60,744 bases of DNA from NCBI GenBank assembly GCA_016342715.1, contig JAEINW010000004.1, positions 1-60,744 of the forward strand, written 5' to 3'. The stretch's first letter is position 1. Each line of letters opens with the position of its first letter. Below the pieces are notes generated by a model. The model made no database searches. It worked only from the letters and a program-made list of their open reading frames with translations, and was not told the origin of the DNA. Origin of the DNA: Salinivirgaceae bacterium (GTDB taxonomy: Bacteria; Bacteroidota; Bacteroidia; Bacteroidales; SZUA-534). The position numbers and the translations under genes were made by a program. Of this stretch, positions 1-10,181 are shown in pieces.

Positions 1-190
1 AGGAAAATAAGTTGAGAGAAAAATAGGAAAAATATTCAAACGTCATTTTTTTCAAAACTACCTGAGTTGTTACAATTTATCAGTTCAATTTAAACTTATT
101 AAAAACAAGATTTGTCTTTTTTGTAACCTTTCGTAAATTCGTCGTCTAATTGAATGGTAAGAATTGAAAATATTTAAATACGACTAAAAA

Positions 191-1120
191 ATGAGCATAT
201 TTCAAGCGAAACAGGTTGATAAGATGTTTGCTAATCATCAGGCATTAAAGCAAGTAAGCATTGATGTTGACGAAGGCGAAATATTTGGATTATTGGGTCC
301 CAATGGAGCTGGTAAAACAACCTTAATAAGAATAATAAATCAAATTACAGCGCCCGATAATGGGGAGCTAGTTTTTAAAGGACGCCCCCTGCATAAAAAT
401 GATGTATATAATATTGGGTATTTGCCCGAGGAGCGAGGTTTATATAAAAAAATGAAAGTGGGCGAACAGGCAATATATTTAGCCCGTTTAAAAGGCTTAT
501 CGCGTTCTGAGGCTATTAAAAAACTAAAGTTTTGGTTCGACAAATTCGAAATAATCCCCTGGTGGGACAGAAAAGTTGAGGAACTTTCAAAAGGAATGCA
601 GCAAAAAATTCAATTTATAGTTACGATTCTTCACGATCCTACTCTTCTGATTTTTGATGAGCCATTCAGTGGCTTCGATCCAATTAATGCCAATTTATTA
701 AAGCAAGAGATTTTAACGCTCAAAAAAAACGGAGCTACCATTATTTTCTCCACTCATAATATGGGTTCGGTTGAAGAAATTTGCGACAGCATTGCTTTAA
801 TTAATAAGGCTGAAAAGATTTTAGATGGCAAGGTTGAAGACGTAAAGCAGCAATTCAAAACAAATATGTTTGAATGTAATTATGAGGGAGATTATGAAAA
901 AGTATCAAGCTTAGTTGAAAATAAACTTCAAATAATAGAGCACAAGCAGAATCATTCAATGCATTACTTGAAAGCAGAGTTTTCAGGAGATGAAACAAAT
1001 AACGATTTCCTAAACTTGTTAATTCCAAATGTGAAAATAGTCTCATTCAACGAGGTTGTTCCAACAATGGACGACATTTTCATTAAAGTAGTTGAGAAAA
1101 ATAATCTTGATGTAAACTAA
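191..1120 (+). CDS. ABC-2 type transporter ATP-binding subunit (NatA/YhaQ-like)
   Basis: Walker A GPNGAGKTT, signature LSKGMQQ, Walker B LIFDEP; upstream of an ABC permease. Confidence 0.92.
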   Translation: MSIFQAKQVDKMFANHQALKQVSIDVDEGEIFGLLGPNGAGKTTLIRIINQITAPDNGELVFKGRPLHKNDVYNIGYLPEERGLYKKMKVGEQAIYLARLKGLSRSEAIKKLKFWFDKFEIIPWWDRKVEELSKGMQQKIQFIVTILHDPTLLIFDEPFSGFDPINANLLKQEILTLKKNGATIIFSTHNMGSVEEICDSIALINKAEKILDGKVEDVKQQFKTNMFECNYEGDYEKVSSLVENKLQIIEHKQNHSMHYLKAEFSGDETNNDFLNLLIPNVKIVSFNEVVPTMDDIFIKVVEKNNLDVN

Positions 1121-1138
1121 GCTTTAAACTAAACAAAA

Positions 1139-2479
1139 ATGAATAAGATACTTATAATAATAGCAAGAGAATACAATACTCGTGTACGGAAAAAGTCCTT
1201 TTTAATAATGAGTATTATTGGACCCATTTTATTTGCTGCATTAATGATTTTGCCAGCATATTTTGCCCAAATGGAAGATACCGAAGTGAAATTAATTGCG
1301 GTAGCCGATAGTTCGCATTTATTTATAAACCAATTTCCTGAAACCGACTACATTAAATTTAAGTACTTACCCGATGCCGATATTGATAAACATAAAAGCG
1401 AGTTCTTTCAAAATGATTACTATGCGCTTTTGTATGTAAGTCAGGTAGTGGCCAATTCGGAGAATGCGGTGCATTTATTTTCCGACAAATCAACAAGTTT
1501 GGGAGTGCAAATGCACATATCAAATGCTATTGAAAAGCGCCTTGAAAGAGACAAATTGCATACCTATGGAATTGACGAAGGAGTTCTTGAGGCCGTAAAA
1601 ACCAATATTAATGTTCGATCGGTTAAGTTGTCGAAATCTGGTGAAGAAAAAGAAAGCAATTTTAAAATTGCCATGATAATTGGTTATGTGGTTGGCTTTA
1701 TGATTTATTTCACCATTTTCTTTTCAGGTTCTCAAGTAATGCGCGGTGTTATTGAGGAAAAAACCAGTCGTATTATTGAGGTCATCATTTCATCGGTAAA
1801 ACCTTTTGAATTAATGATGGGTAAAATTCTGGGAGTGGGTGCAGTTGCTTTAACACAATTTGCCCTCTGGATAATTTTAACCATTGGTATTTATGTGGCT
1901 GCTGCGCCTTTATTAATGCCCAATGTGGCTGATATGTCAAAGGATGTTAAAATTGAAAACTTTATGGATGCTGGCAGTACTTTATCTGCCCAACAACCAA
2001 TTGAAGATGAATTAACATCGGAGCTAATGACTATGATGGGAGCCATAGACGATATAAATTTCCCATTAATTATTATATGCTTTATATTTTTCTTTTTTGG
2101 GGGATTTTTTCTTTACGGAAGTATGTTTGCTGCTATAGGATCGGCAGTTGATAATGAAGCAGACACACAGCAATTTATGATACCGGTTTCATTACCAATG
2201 ATTTTAGGAATGCTGGTTATGGTTAATATTGTACAAAATCCGGAAAGTCCTTTGGCATTTTGGTTTTCAATGATTCCATTTACTTCACCAATTGTTATGA
2301 TGGCTCGAATTCCTTTTGGGGTTCCATACACAGAACTCATTGCATCGGCAGTAATTTTAATAGCTACATTTATTTTATTTACATGGTTAGCCGGAAAAAT
2401 ATACCGCACGGGTATTTTAATGTATGGCAAAAAAACCAGTTGGAAAGAAATGTGGAAATGGATCCGTTACAGTAATTAG
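1139..2479 (+). CDS. ABC-2 type transporter permease (NatB/YhaP-like)
   Basis: N-terminal TM, large extracytoplasmic loop, EEKTSRIIEVIISSV motif, C-terminal TM helices. Confidence 0.9.
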   Translation: MNKILIIIAREYNTRVRKKSFLIMSIIGPILFAALMILPAYFAQMEDTEVKLIAVADSSHLFINQFPETDYIKFKYLPDADIDKHKSEFFQNDYYALLYVSQVVANSENAVHLFSDKSTSLGVQMHISNAIEKRLERDKLHTYGIDEGVLEAVKTNINVRSVKLSKSGEEKESNFKIAMIIGYVVGFMIYFTIFFSGSQVMRGVIEEKTSRIIEVIISSVKPFELMMGKILGVGAVALTQFALWIILTIGIYVAAAPLLMPNVADMSKDVKIENFMDAGSTLSAQQPIEDELTSELMTMMGAIDDINFPLIIICFIFFFFGGFFLYGSMFAAIGSAVDNEADTQQFMIPVSLPMILGMLVMVNIVQNPESPLAFWFSMIPFTSPIVMMARIPFGVPYTELIASAVILIATFILFTWLAGKIYRTGILMYGKKTSWKEMWKWIRYSN

Positions 2480-2506
2480 GGTTTGTTTTTTTTTATATAG
2501 ATATTT

Positions 2507-2534
2507 AACCACGAGTTTTGCTCGTGGTTTTTTT
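2507..2534 (+). terminator. Intrinsic terminator after the ABC operon
   Basis: AACCACGAG-ttttg-CTCGTGGTT followed by a T tract. Confidence 0.85.
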
Positions 2535-2638
2535 ATTAGTGAGTATAATAAGCTTGAAATGATTAATTTTGAATCCATCATACAATCGGCATACTCTTTG
2601 AAGAAGGGTGTGGCATCACAAATTTAATAAGGTATAGC

Positions 2639-3817
2639 ATGGCTAAAATATTAGTAATTGACGACGAAAGAAGCATTAGAAATACATTAAAAGAAATATT
2701 AGAATACGAAAAGCACGAAGTTGAAATTGCCAGCGATGGCATGGAAGGTTTGGAGTTGCTTAAAAAAAATACATACGATGTCGCACTTTTAGATATAAAA
2801 ATGCCCGAAATGGACGGTATGGAAGTGCTTGAAATAGTAACAAAAGACTATCCCGATTTGCAAGTGATAATGATTTCGGGTCATGGAAATGTGGATACTG
2901 CGGTTAAAGCTGTAAAAATGGGAGCCTACGATTTTATTGAAAAGCCATTGGATTTAAATCGCTTGTTGGTTACTATACGTAATGCAATGGATCGTTCAGA
3001 ATTAATAACTGAAACAAAATCGCTTCGCAGAAAAATTAGCAAATCGTATGATATGGTTGGAGAATCGGCTCCAATAAAACAAATTCTTGACATGATTGAC
3101 CTAGTAGCTCCTACCGAAGCACGGGTTTTAATTACTGGTGAAAACGGAACTGGAAAAGAGGTTGCCGCTCGTTGGATTCACGATAAAAGCCACAGGGCTG
3201 ATTCTCCATTTATTGAGGTTAACTGCGCAGCCATTCCATCAGAATTAATAGAAAGTGAGTTGTTTGGACATGAAAAGGGAGCGTTTACATCGGCAAATAA
3301 ACAACGCAAGGGAAAATTTGAACAAGCAAATAAAGGGACTATTTTTTTGGATGAAATTGGCGACATGAGTTTGTCGGCTCAGGCAAAGGTTTTGCGTGCA
3401 TTGCAAGAAAATAAAATTACCCGCGTTGGTGCCGATAAAGATATTAGTATTGATGTTCGTGTAATTGCAGCCACTAATAAAAACATTGAAGTTGAAATAA
3501 AAGAAAATCGCTTTCGTGAAGATCTATATCATCGCTTAAGTGTTATATTAATTCATGTTCCCTCATTAAATGATAGGTTGGATGATATTCCATTGTTAGC
3601 AGATCATTTTATTACGAAAATTTGTGAAGAATATGGCTCGCCAAAAGTTGAGATAACAAAAGACGCTATTAAAGAATTACAAAAAATTAATTGGACTGGC
3701 AATATTCGTGAGTTCAGGAACGTAATTGAACGTTTACTAATTCTTTGTGGAGATAAAATTGAAAAAGAAGATGTAGATAAGTATGCTCGTCCAATTGGTG
3801 GTCATAATGGAAAATAA
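2639..3817 (+). CDS. NtrC/NtrX-like response regulator (receiver + sigma54-type AAA+), no evident C-terminal HTH
   Basis: Receiver ILVIDDE...LLDIKMP; GENGTGKE, ESELFGHEKGAFTSA, FLDEIG, WTGNIRE. Confidence 0.88.
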   Translation: MAKILVIDDERSIRNTLKEILEYEKHEVEIASDGMEGLELLKKNTYDVALLDIKMPEMDGMEVLEIVTKDYPDLQVIMISGHGNVDTAVKAVKMGAYDFIEKPLDLNRLLVTIRNAMDRSELITETKSLRRKISKSYDMVGESAPIKQILDMIDLVAPTEARVLITGENGTGKEVAARWIHDKSHRADSPFIEVNCAAIPSELIESELFGHEKGAFTSANKQRKGKFEQANKGTIFLDEIGDMSLSAQAKVLRALQENKITRVGADKDISIDVRVIAATNKNIEVEIKENRFREDLYHRLSVILIHVPSLNDRLDDIPLLADHFITKICEEYGSPKVEITKDAIKELQKINWTGNIREFRNVIERLLILCGDKIEKEDVDKYARPIGGHNGK

Positions 3818-4154
3818 TTGATTATTTATATCAAACAAATAAATGTCAAGCTATATTATTGTTTGGCATTTTTCTTTCAAACTTTTTGTGCCAAAATATT
3901 CATGATTTTAGAAGAAACATCAGCAGAAATGAAAGTTGCTAATTGTACCGCTGGAAATATTGCCGGAATTTAAACGCCTAGAAGGCGGTGGCACAAAACT
4001 AATTCGGATCACATCAAATTATTGGGGGACTCATTTATGGCATTTCCAATTTTAGTAATTCAATACCTGAAAAAATGACTACTTTTCGTTGCATGAGCCA
4101 CATCACAAAAAACAAAAATAATTACTTGCAACGTTATGCTTTCTGCTACATAAA

Positions 4155-4200
4155 CCTTGGGCGATTGCCCAAGGCTGAATTAATAAAGCCCTTCAGGCTT
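4155..4200 (-). repeat. REP-like palindromic element; related copy at 60316-60350
   Basis: CCTTGGGC-gatt-GCCCAAGG hairpin; minus strand GCCTGAAGGGCTTTATTAATTCAGCCTTGGGCAA resembles 60316 GCCTGAAAGGAATGTATTAATTCATCCTTGGGCAA. Confidence 0.65.
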
Positions 4201-4505
4201 TTCCTTTTGAAAAAATAGATTCTTTTTATAATAATTACACATACATTATAATGATTAAGTGCTATTAATAAATAATTTGAATGCCAATTTACTGTGGGCT
4301 GGGGTCCACAAAGAGCGGGATTTTACTTCCGCCGAAAATGAATATCAATCCATTATTTACAAAATTTAAAACAACCATGAGTTGGAACTATAAATGCTAA
4401 CTGCAGCAACGGAAGTGAAATTCGGTTTTGTGGTGGGTTTTCTTTTACTCACAAAACTATAATTATTAGGGGCGTTCGTGAGCTCGCAAACTCCCTTAGG
4501 TTGGA

Positions 4506-4536
4506 ACTTTTCTTTGTGCGGCAGACAAAGAAAAGT
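4506..4536. repeat. Perfect 12-bp inverted repeat (REP-like hairpin)
   Basis: ACTTTTCTTTGT-gcggcag-ACAAAGAAAAGT. Confidence 0.6.
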
Positions 4537-4707
4537 GGGAAAAATATTATCATTTACGGCTGAATATATCAGCCGGATCATTATTAGGAATACGAATACG
4601 TTAATCTTTCAATAAACTTGAATTTGGTGTTAATAAAAACATAAGATGGTAATTTCCCCAACTTTTCAACATGATCCACTAATTCATATATATATTAGAG
4701 TCTTTCT

Positions 4708-4749
4708 AAAAAAAAGCCCTACGGTTTGGCGATTCCGAAAGGCTTTTTT
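4708..4749 (-). terminator. Probable bidirectional terminator downstream of saccharopine dehydrogenase
   Basis: A-tract/AGCC..CGG...CCG..GGCT/T-tract imperfect hairpin. Confidence 0.55.
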
Positions 4750-4844
4750 ATTTGGCAAGAGATATTTAAAAATTTAATTTTAAAATGCTAAGTCAATAAT
4801 AATTATTTTATTTTAAATACAAAAATAAAATATTGTGTTTTTTT

Positions 4845-6188
4845 TTAGTCAATATTTTCGCTAAGTGGCAAGCCGTATTCTTCAATCATTTCAATGCCCA
4901 TATTTTCAAGCTCATCCATAATTGGATTATAAATCTCGGGCAATACAGGAATGTGAACGCCTTTAATTTGAATTTCATGCTGAAGAATCATATTTACAGC
5001 ACAAGCTGCCGGTAAGGCAACTGTTCGTGCAATCGAAGTATCTTTTCCAGGAATTCCATAATCAAGTAAACGAGACTTAATTACCTCTTTTCTTCCGTCG
5101 GGGTACTCGGCCAAGAATATATGTTGCATTACACTCATGTCACGTTCCTTTTTATCATCCATCATCATCTTTTCGATCATTAAATCGGAAACAATCTCAT
5201 AGGTAGATTCTTTTTTACGGTTCATCAAATTTTCATCAAATAAGCCTAAGAATTCCATCGATTTAATGGCATCAGCATCAATGGCAATATTTAAATAATC
5301 AGCCACTTGTTTTTTTATGTTTTTGCTATCCTTTGCACCAATCATTTGAGCCATCATTTGCGCATAGGTCATTCCGGTAAAATCATGCGTATCCTGAATG
5401 GTTAATTTTAAGGTTTTTAATGCATCTAATGATTCACACCAACCTTTGAAACGGAAGGTTCCACGGAATATGGTATCTGTTTCTGGAATATCATATAAAT
5501 CGATATAAGGCAATGAGTCTCTGTTTGGATAAACATCTAATTCTTCAACGCCAGAAACTTTTAATCTAAAAGTATCTTTGAATAGATTTTCAGTTTTTAC
5601 TTCAACTTTATTTTTATGTTTCAGGTAACTGGCACTATTATTTCCGGCCAATACCACTCCTTTTGGACTCCATGAAAATTTATATCTAAAGGGGTTATCT
5701 TTAGAGCTTTCAGGAGCTGGCAAAGCGCCACAAATACTGTAGAATTCTTTAATTTTTCCACCAAAACCATGAACCGTATCAATAATTCGTTTGGCCGACA
5801 TATGATCAATGCCTGGATCTAATCCGCACTCATTTAATATAATAATGTTTGCATCTTTTGCTTTTTGATCAAGCGCATACATTTCTGGTTTTACATATGA
5901 GGTGGTAACCATGTTCTTTTTGTGCTCAATACATTTTTCAGCCACCATTACATGAAATGCGTAGGGAAGTAAACTTACTGTTAAGTCGTGTTCTATTATG
6001 AATTCATCAAGTTTGTCAGCTTCATTGGCATCCCAAAAAACAACTTTTCCTTTAGGGTTATTAGCAAGTAGCTTTTCGGCTCTTTCCACTGTGTTTGATG
6101 CAATAGTTACATAAATTCCTTTATTAAGTAAGTATTGAATGATTGGTCCGGCAACCATACCTGATCCTAATATAAGTACCTTGTTCAT
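4845..6188 (-). CDS. Saccharopine dehydrogenase (L-glutamate-forming; Lys9/AASS SDH-like)
   Basis: Rossmann VLILGSGMV, NECGLDPGIDHM, YKFSWSP, RGTFRF, ARTVALPAA; start moved to the ATG of MNKVLIL. Confidence 0.88.
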   Translation of the reverse strand: MNKVLILGSGMVAGPIIQYLLNKGIYVTIASNTVERAEKLLANNPKGKVVFWDANEADKLDEFIIEHDLTVSLLPYAFHVMVAEKCIEHKKNMVTTSYVKPEMYALDQKAKDANIIILNECGLDPGIDHMSAKRIIDTVHGFGGKIKEFYSICGALPAPESSKDNPFRYKFSWSPKGVVLAGNNSASYLKHKNKVEVKTENLFKDTFRLKVSGVEELDVYPNRDSLPYIDLYDIPETDTIFRGTFRFKGWCESLDALKTLKLTIQDTHDFTGMTYAQMMAQMIGAKDSKNIKKQVADYLNIAIDADAIKSMEFLGLFDENLMNRKKESTYEIVSDLMIEKMMMDDKKERDMSVMQHIFLAEYPDGRKEVIKSRLLDYGIPGKDTSIARTVALPAACAVNMILQHEIQIKGVHIPVLPEIYNPIMDELENMGIEMIEEYGLPLSENID

Positions 6189-6461
6189 AGCATTCGTATT
6201 TAAGGTTATGTTTTGTATAAAATAGTAGTTAAAAAGTTTAGCTAAATTATAAATCTCATATAATTGACAAATTAATCGGCCTTTCATTTATTATGTTGTT
6301 GAACACTGCTAAATATCTGTGTTTTATAATGTTTAAAACGCTTGATTTTCTTAAAAAAATAGACATATAAAAAGGAAAATAATTATTTTAACTGCATTTT
6401 TGCAAAAATTGGTATTGCTTTTGTTAATTTCGCCAAATATTATCATTCAATTTTTAAACTA

Positions 6462-7640
6462 TTGGAAACAAATAACGAAACGTACAGGTTGGTTGCTAAA
6501 ACCATGGCAGGCTTAGAAGAGGTTTTAGCTGAAGAGCTGGAGCAAATAGGGGCGAAAAATATTGAAAAACAGGTGAGAGCTGTTATTTTCGATGGGGATA
6601 AGGCAATGATGTATCGAGCCAATTATCATCTTAGAACTTCAATAAGTGTATTAAAACCAATTTATGAATTTATTGCTAATAACGAAGATGAGCTTTACAA
6701 GCATGTAGGGAAAGTAAATTGGAGTAAATATATGACTGTTGACGAAACACTTGCTATATCTGCAGCAACTTCAGGAGAAATATTTACACATTCAAAATAC
6801 ATCTCCCAAAAAGTTAAGGATGCGATAGTTGATCAATTTAGAAGAAGGCAAGATAAAAGACCTGATGTAAATACATTAAGCCCCGATTTAAAAATTAACA
6901 TTCACATACATAATAATAAGTGTTCTTTATTATTAGATAGTTCGGGGGATCCTTTGTTTAAAAGAGGCTATCGTATTAAAGCCACAAAAGCACCAGTAAA
7001 TGAGGTTTTAGCCGCAGGAATGATAAAGCTTTCGGGGTGGAATATGGATTGTGATTTTTACGATCCCATGTGTGGTTCAGGAACCCTTTTAATTGAAGCC
7101 GCTTTAATGGCTTATGGAATTGCTCCTGGAACTTATCGCAAAAAATTTGGCTTTGAATCGTGGAATGATTTTGATGCGGATTTATTCGAAGAAATAACAG
7201 AAGAAACCTACGGAAATACAGAATTTGCACATAATATATATGGGAGCGATTTGTCACCTTTAGCAGTTAAAATTGCTGAAGAAAACATTGGACAAGCTTT
7301 TTTAAGAAAAAAAATATCAGTAACACCAGCCAATTTTTTCGATATTCAACCCAAAGGTAAAGGTGGATTTATGGTAACAAACCCACCGTATGGGGAGCGT
7401 TTACAACCCGATGATTTGAAAATGTTCTATCAAAAAATTGGCGATAAATTAAAAATTGATTTTACAGGTTTTACCTCATGGATAATTGGTAGTAATGCCG
7501 AGGTGATGAAATTTATTGGCTTGAAACCTGAGCGTAAAATCAAACTTTACAATGGTTCTTTAGAATGTACCTTCAGAAAGTTTTCAGTATATGAAGGGAG
7601 CAAAAGAAATGGCGAAGAACCTAATGACGAGAACTTATAA
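6462..7640 (+). CDS. rlmL: THUMP-domain rRNA methyltransferase, RlmL-like (23S m2G2445)
   Basis: THUMP region, LFKRGYR, DPMCGSGT, TNPPYGER; TTG start. Confidence 0.8.
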   Translation: METNNETYRLVAKTMAGLEEVLAEELEQIGAKNIEKQVRAVIFDGDKAMMYRANYHLRTSISVLKPIYEFIANNEDELYKHVGKVNWSKYMTVDETLAISAATSGEIFTHSKYISQKVKDAIVDQFRRRQDKRPDVNTLSPDLKINIHIHNNKCSLLLDSSGDPLFKRGYRIKATKAPVNEVLAAGMIKLSGWNMDCDFYDPMCGSGTLLIEAALMAYGIAPGTYRKKFGFESWNDFDADLFEEITEETYGNTEFAHNIYGSDLSPLAVKIAEENIGQAFLRKKISVTPANFFDIQPKGKGGFMVTNPPYGERLQPDDLKMFYQKIGDKLKIDFTGFTSWIIGSNAEVMKFIGLKPERKIKLYNGSLECTFRKFSVYEGSKRNGEEPNDENL

Positions 7641-7845
7641 ACAACATAATATTAAGAGATAGAACACAATGGTAAATTTGATTACTCATTTTTTTTTAGC
7701 ATATTCACGGGCTATTATTTTAATGTAATATTTTTCATTAAATTGCAGATCAATAATAATTCTATCTAAAGTTTTATCAATACTGATAACTAGATAGATA
7801 CAAAGATAAAAAGGGTTTTTAATAACAAATAAAACGAAATTTCAC

Positions 7846-8646
7846 ATGGCAAAAGTTATTGCATTAGCAAACCAAAAAGGAGGAGTTGGTAAAACCACAT
7901 CTGCTATTAATCTTGCTGCCAGTTTGGCTGTTCTTGAATATAAAGTTCTTCTTGTTGACGCCGATCCACAGGGGAATGCCTCATCGGGTTTTGGGTTTGA
8001 TGTTAATAGCATAAAAGTTGGTCTGTACGAATGTTTGGTTGATGATGCCGATCCGATAAATAATTTGTTACATACTGAAATTGACGGATTAGATGTATTG
8101 CCATCGAATATTAATTTGGTTGGTGCTGAAATTGAAATGCTCGATATGCCCAATCGGGAAAAAATGATGAAATCGGTACTTGCAAAAATGGATGATAAGT
8201 ATGATTTTATACTTATTGATTGTTCTCCATCGTTAGGTTTAATAACTGTTAATGCCTTAAGTGCCGCCGATTCAGTAATTATTCCTGTGCAATGTGAATA
8301 TTTTGCCCTTGAAGGATTGGGTAAATTATTAAATACCATTAAAATTATTCAAACTCGTTTAAATCCTGAACTTGAAATTGAAGGCTTCTTATGTACCATG
8401 TACGATTCGCGCTTGCGTTTATCAAATCAGGTGGTAGAAGAGGTTCGCCGTCATTTTGAGGACATGGTATTTAAAACTTTAGTACAGCGAAATGTTAAAC
8501 TTTCTGAAGCACCAAGTTATGGTAAGCCAATTGTATTATATGATGCAACATCAAATGGTTCAACAAACTATTTGAATCTGGCTCGCGAAGTGCTACAAAA
8601 AAATAACATGACAAAAATTGAATCGGATAGTAAAACCATCGAATAA
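7846..8646 (+). CDS. parA: Chromosome partitioning ATPase ParA/Soj
   Basis: Deviant Walker [30 protein letters not shown]. Confidence 0.95.
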   Translation: MAKVIALANQKGGVGKTTSAINLAASLAVLEYKVLLVDADPQGNASSGFGFDVNSIKVGLYECLVDDADPINNLLHTEIDGLDVLPSNINLVGAEIEMLDMPNREKMMKSVLAKMDDKYDFILIDCSPSLGLITVNALSAADSVIIPVQCEYFALEGLGKLLNTIKIIQTRLNPELEIEGFLCTMYDSRLRLSNQVVEEVRRHFEDMVFKTLVQRNVKLSEAPSYGKPIVLYDATSNGSTNYLNLAREVLQKNNMTKIESDSKTIE

Positions 8647-8656
8647 ATTATCGTAA

Positions 8657-9541
8657 ATGTCAGTAGTGAAACGGAATGCTTTAGGTAAAGGGCTTGGAGC
8701 CCTTATTGAGGATGCAGGAAATAGCAACAGAGTTAATGTTGGAAATTCTGTTTTTGACGAAATTGATGTCAAAAAAATTGAGGCAAATCCATTTCAGCCT
8801 CGAACCGAATTTGATGAGGAAGCAATGGAAGAATTAGCTGCTTCCATAAAATTAATTGGAATTATTCAACCAATTACCGTTCGAAAAATTGGGGATAATA
8901 AATTCCAATTAATATCTGGTGAACGTCGTTTCAGAGCTTCACAACTAGCTGGCTTAACTGCAATTCCAGCTTATGTTCGTACAGCCGACGATCAAGGAAT
9001 GCTTGAGATGGCTTTGGTTGAAAATATTCAGCGTGAAGATTTAGACGCCATTGAAGTAGCCATTAGTTACCAACGATTAATTGATGAGTGTAAACTTACT
9101 CAGGAGAGCATGAGTGAGCGTGTTGGAAAAAAACGTTCGACCATAGCAAATTATTTACGCTTATTAAAACTTCCAGCTGAAATTCAATTGGGCATTCGTA
9201 AAAAAATGCTTTCAATGGGGCATGCCCGGGCATTAATTAGTGTTGAAGACAGCAATGATCAACTTTACATTTTTGAACAAATTTTAAACGAAGGTCTTTC
9301 TGTTAGAAAAGTTGAAGAAATGGTTCGCAAAATAAAAGATGAACCGCAAGAGGACATTAAATTAGAAACTGCAAAAGAAGAAATCGTCAATAACTATAAA
9401 GAATTAGAAAATCATTTAACTAATTTCTTCAGTTCAAAAATTGAATTTAAAAGAGGAGCAAAGGGCAATGGAAAAATAGTTATTCCGTTTAAGTCTGATG
9501 TAGATCTGGAAAGAATAATTGCTATTCTTGATAAAAAGTAA
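8657..9541 (+). CDS. parB: Chromosome partitioning protein ParB/Spo0J
   Basis: NPFQPR, GERRFRA, ENIQREDL, HTH region; follows parA. Confidence 0.95.
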   Translation: MSVVKRNALGKGLGALIEDAGNSNRVNVGNSVFDEIDVKKIEANPFQPRTEFDEEAMEELAASIKLIGIIQPITVRKIGDNKFQLISGERRFRASQLAGLTAIPAYVRTADDQGMLEMALVENIQREDLDAIEVAISYQRLIDECKLTQESMSERVGKKRSTIANYLRLLKLPAEIQLGIRKKMLSMGHARALISVEDSNDQLYIFEQILNEGLSVRKVEEMVRKIKDEPQEDIKLETAKEEIVNNYKELENHLTNFFSSKIEFKRGAKGNGKIVIPFKSDVDLERIIAILDKK

Positions 9542-10172
9542 ATCGAAAAATTTGACAATCAGAATATATTTTAAATTCAAATTACAAGACGTCTTGTTAT
9601 TAAGTTGTCTTGGAATTTTTATGTGTTGTTTTAGTTTTTCTTCAAATGCACAGGTCGGATCTGAGTATAAAACAACACCCGATAGTACCTTTCTTTTATC
9701 ACACTCTCCGCATAAAGCAACATTTCTATCGGCATGTGTCCCCGGCTTAGGTCAAATATATAATGAAAAATACTGGAAAGTTCCGATTATTTATGCTGGT
9801 TTTACCGGGCTTATTTATTATGCAAATTATACCAACTTTACATACAATAAATATAAAGATGCTTACGATATAAGGTTGAAAATAGATGCTGGTAATACAG
9901 AACTTGTGGATGAATATGATTTACCTGCTGCAAATTTAAAAAGACTTAAAGATAATTGGCGTCGATATCGAGATCTAAATTTAATAAGCATTGGTTTATT
10001 ATATGTAATGCAAATGTTAGATGCCAATGTTGATGCTCACTTATTTGATTACGATATAAGTGAAGATTTAAGCATGCGCTTTGAACCCTCATTTTTGCAA
10101 ACACCAAACTTTTCAAATCAAAAATATTATCAGAGTGCATCTTTGGGTGTGCGTTGTTCCATACGATTTTAA
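9519..10172 (+). CDS. DUF5683-like membrane protein (true start probably further downstream)
   Basis: SACVPGLGQIYNEKYWK and DANVDAHLFDYDIS motifs; usual position after parB in Bacteroidota. Confidence 0.75.
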   Translation: MLFLIKSKSKNLTIRIYFKFKLQDVLLLSCLGIFMCCFSFSSNAQVGSEYKTTPDSTFLLSHSPHKATFLSACVPGLGQIYNEKYWKVPIIYAGFTGLIYYANYTNFTYNKYKDAYDIRLKIDAGNTELVDEYDLPAANLKRLKDNWRRYRDLNLISIGLLYVMQMLDANVDAHLFDYDISEDLSMRFEPSFLQTPNFSNQKYYQSASLGVRCSIRF

Positions 10173-10181
10173 TTTTAATTT

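Noticed and set aside
4366..4581. 71-aa minus-strand ORF in the intergenic gap
   Set aside because: It overlaps hairpin repeats and has no recognisable motif.
7838..7853. Possible parS site at the parA start (AATTTCACATGGCAAA)
   Set aside because: About five mismatches to the TGTTTCACGTGAAACA consensus; not supportable.
7842..8339. Long antisense ORFs over parA, fusA2, the tRNA methyltransferase and others
   Set aside because: Shadow frames of conserved genes on the opposite strand.
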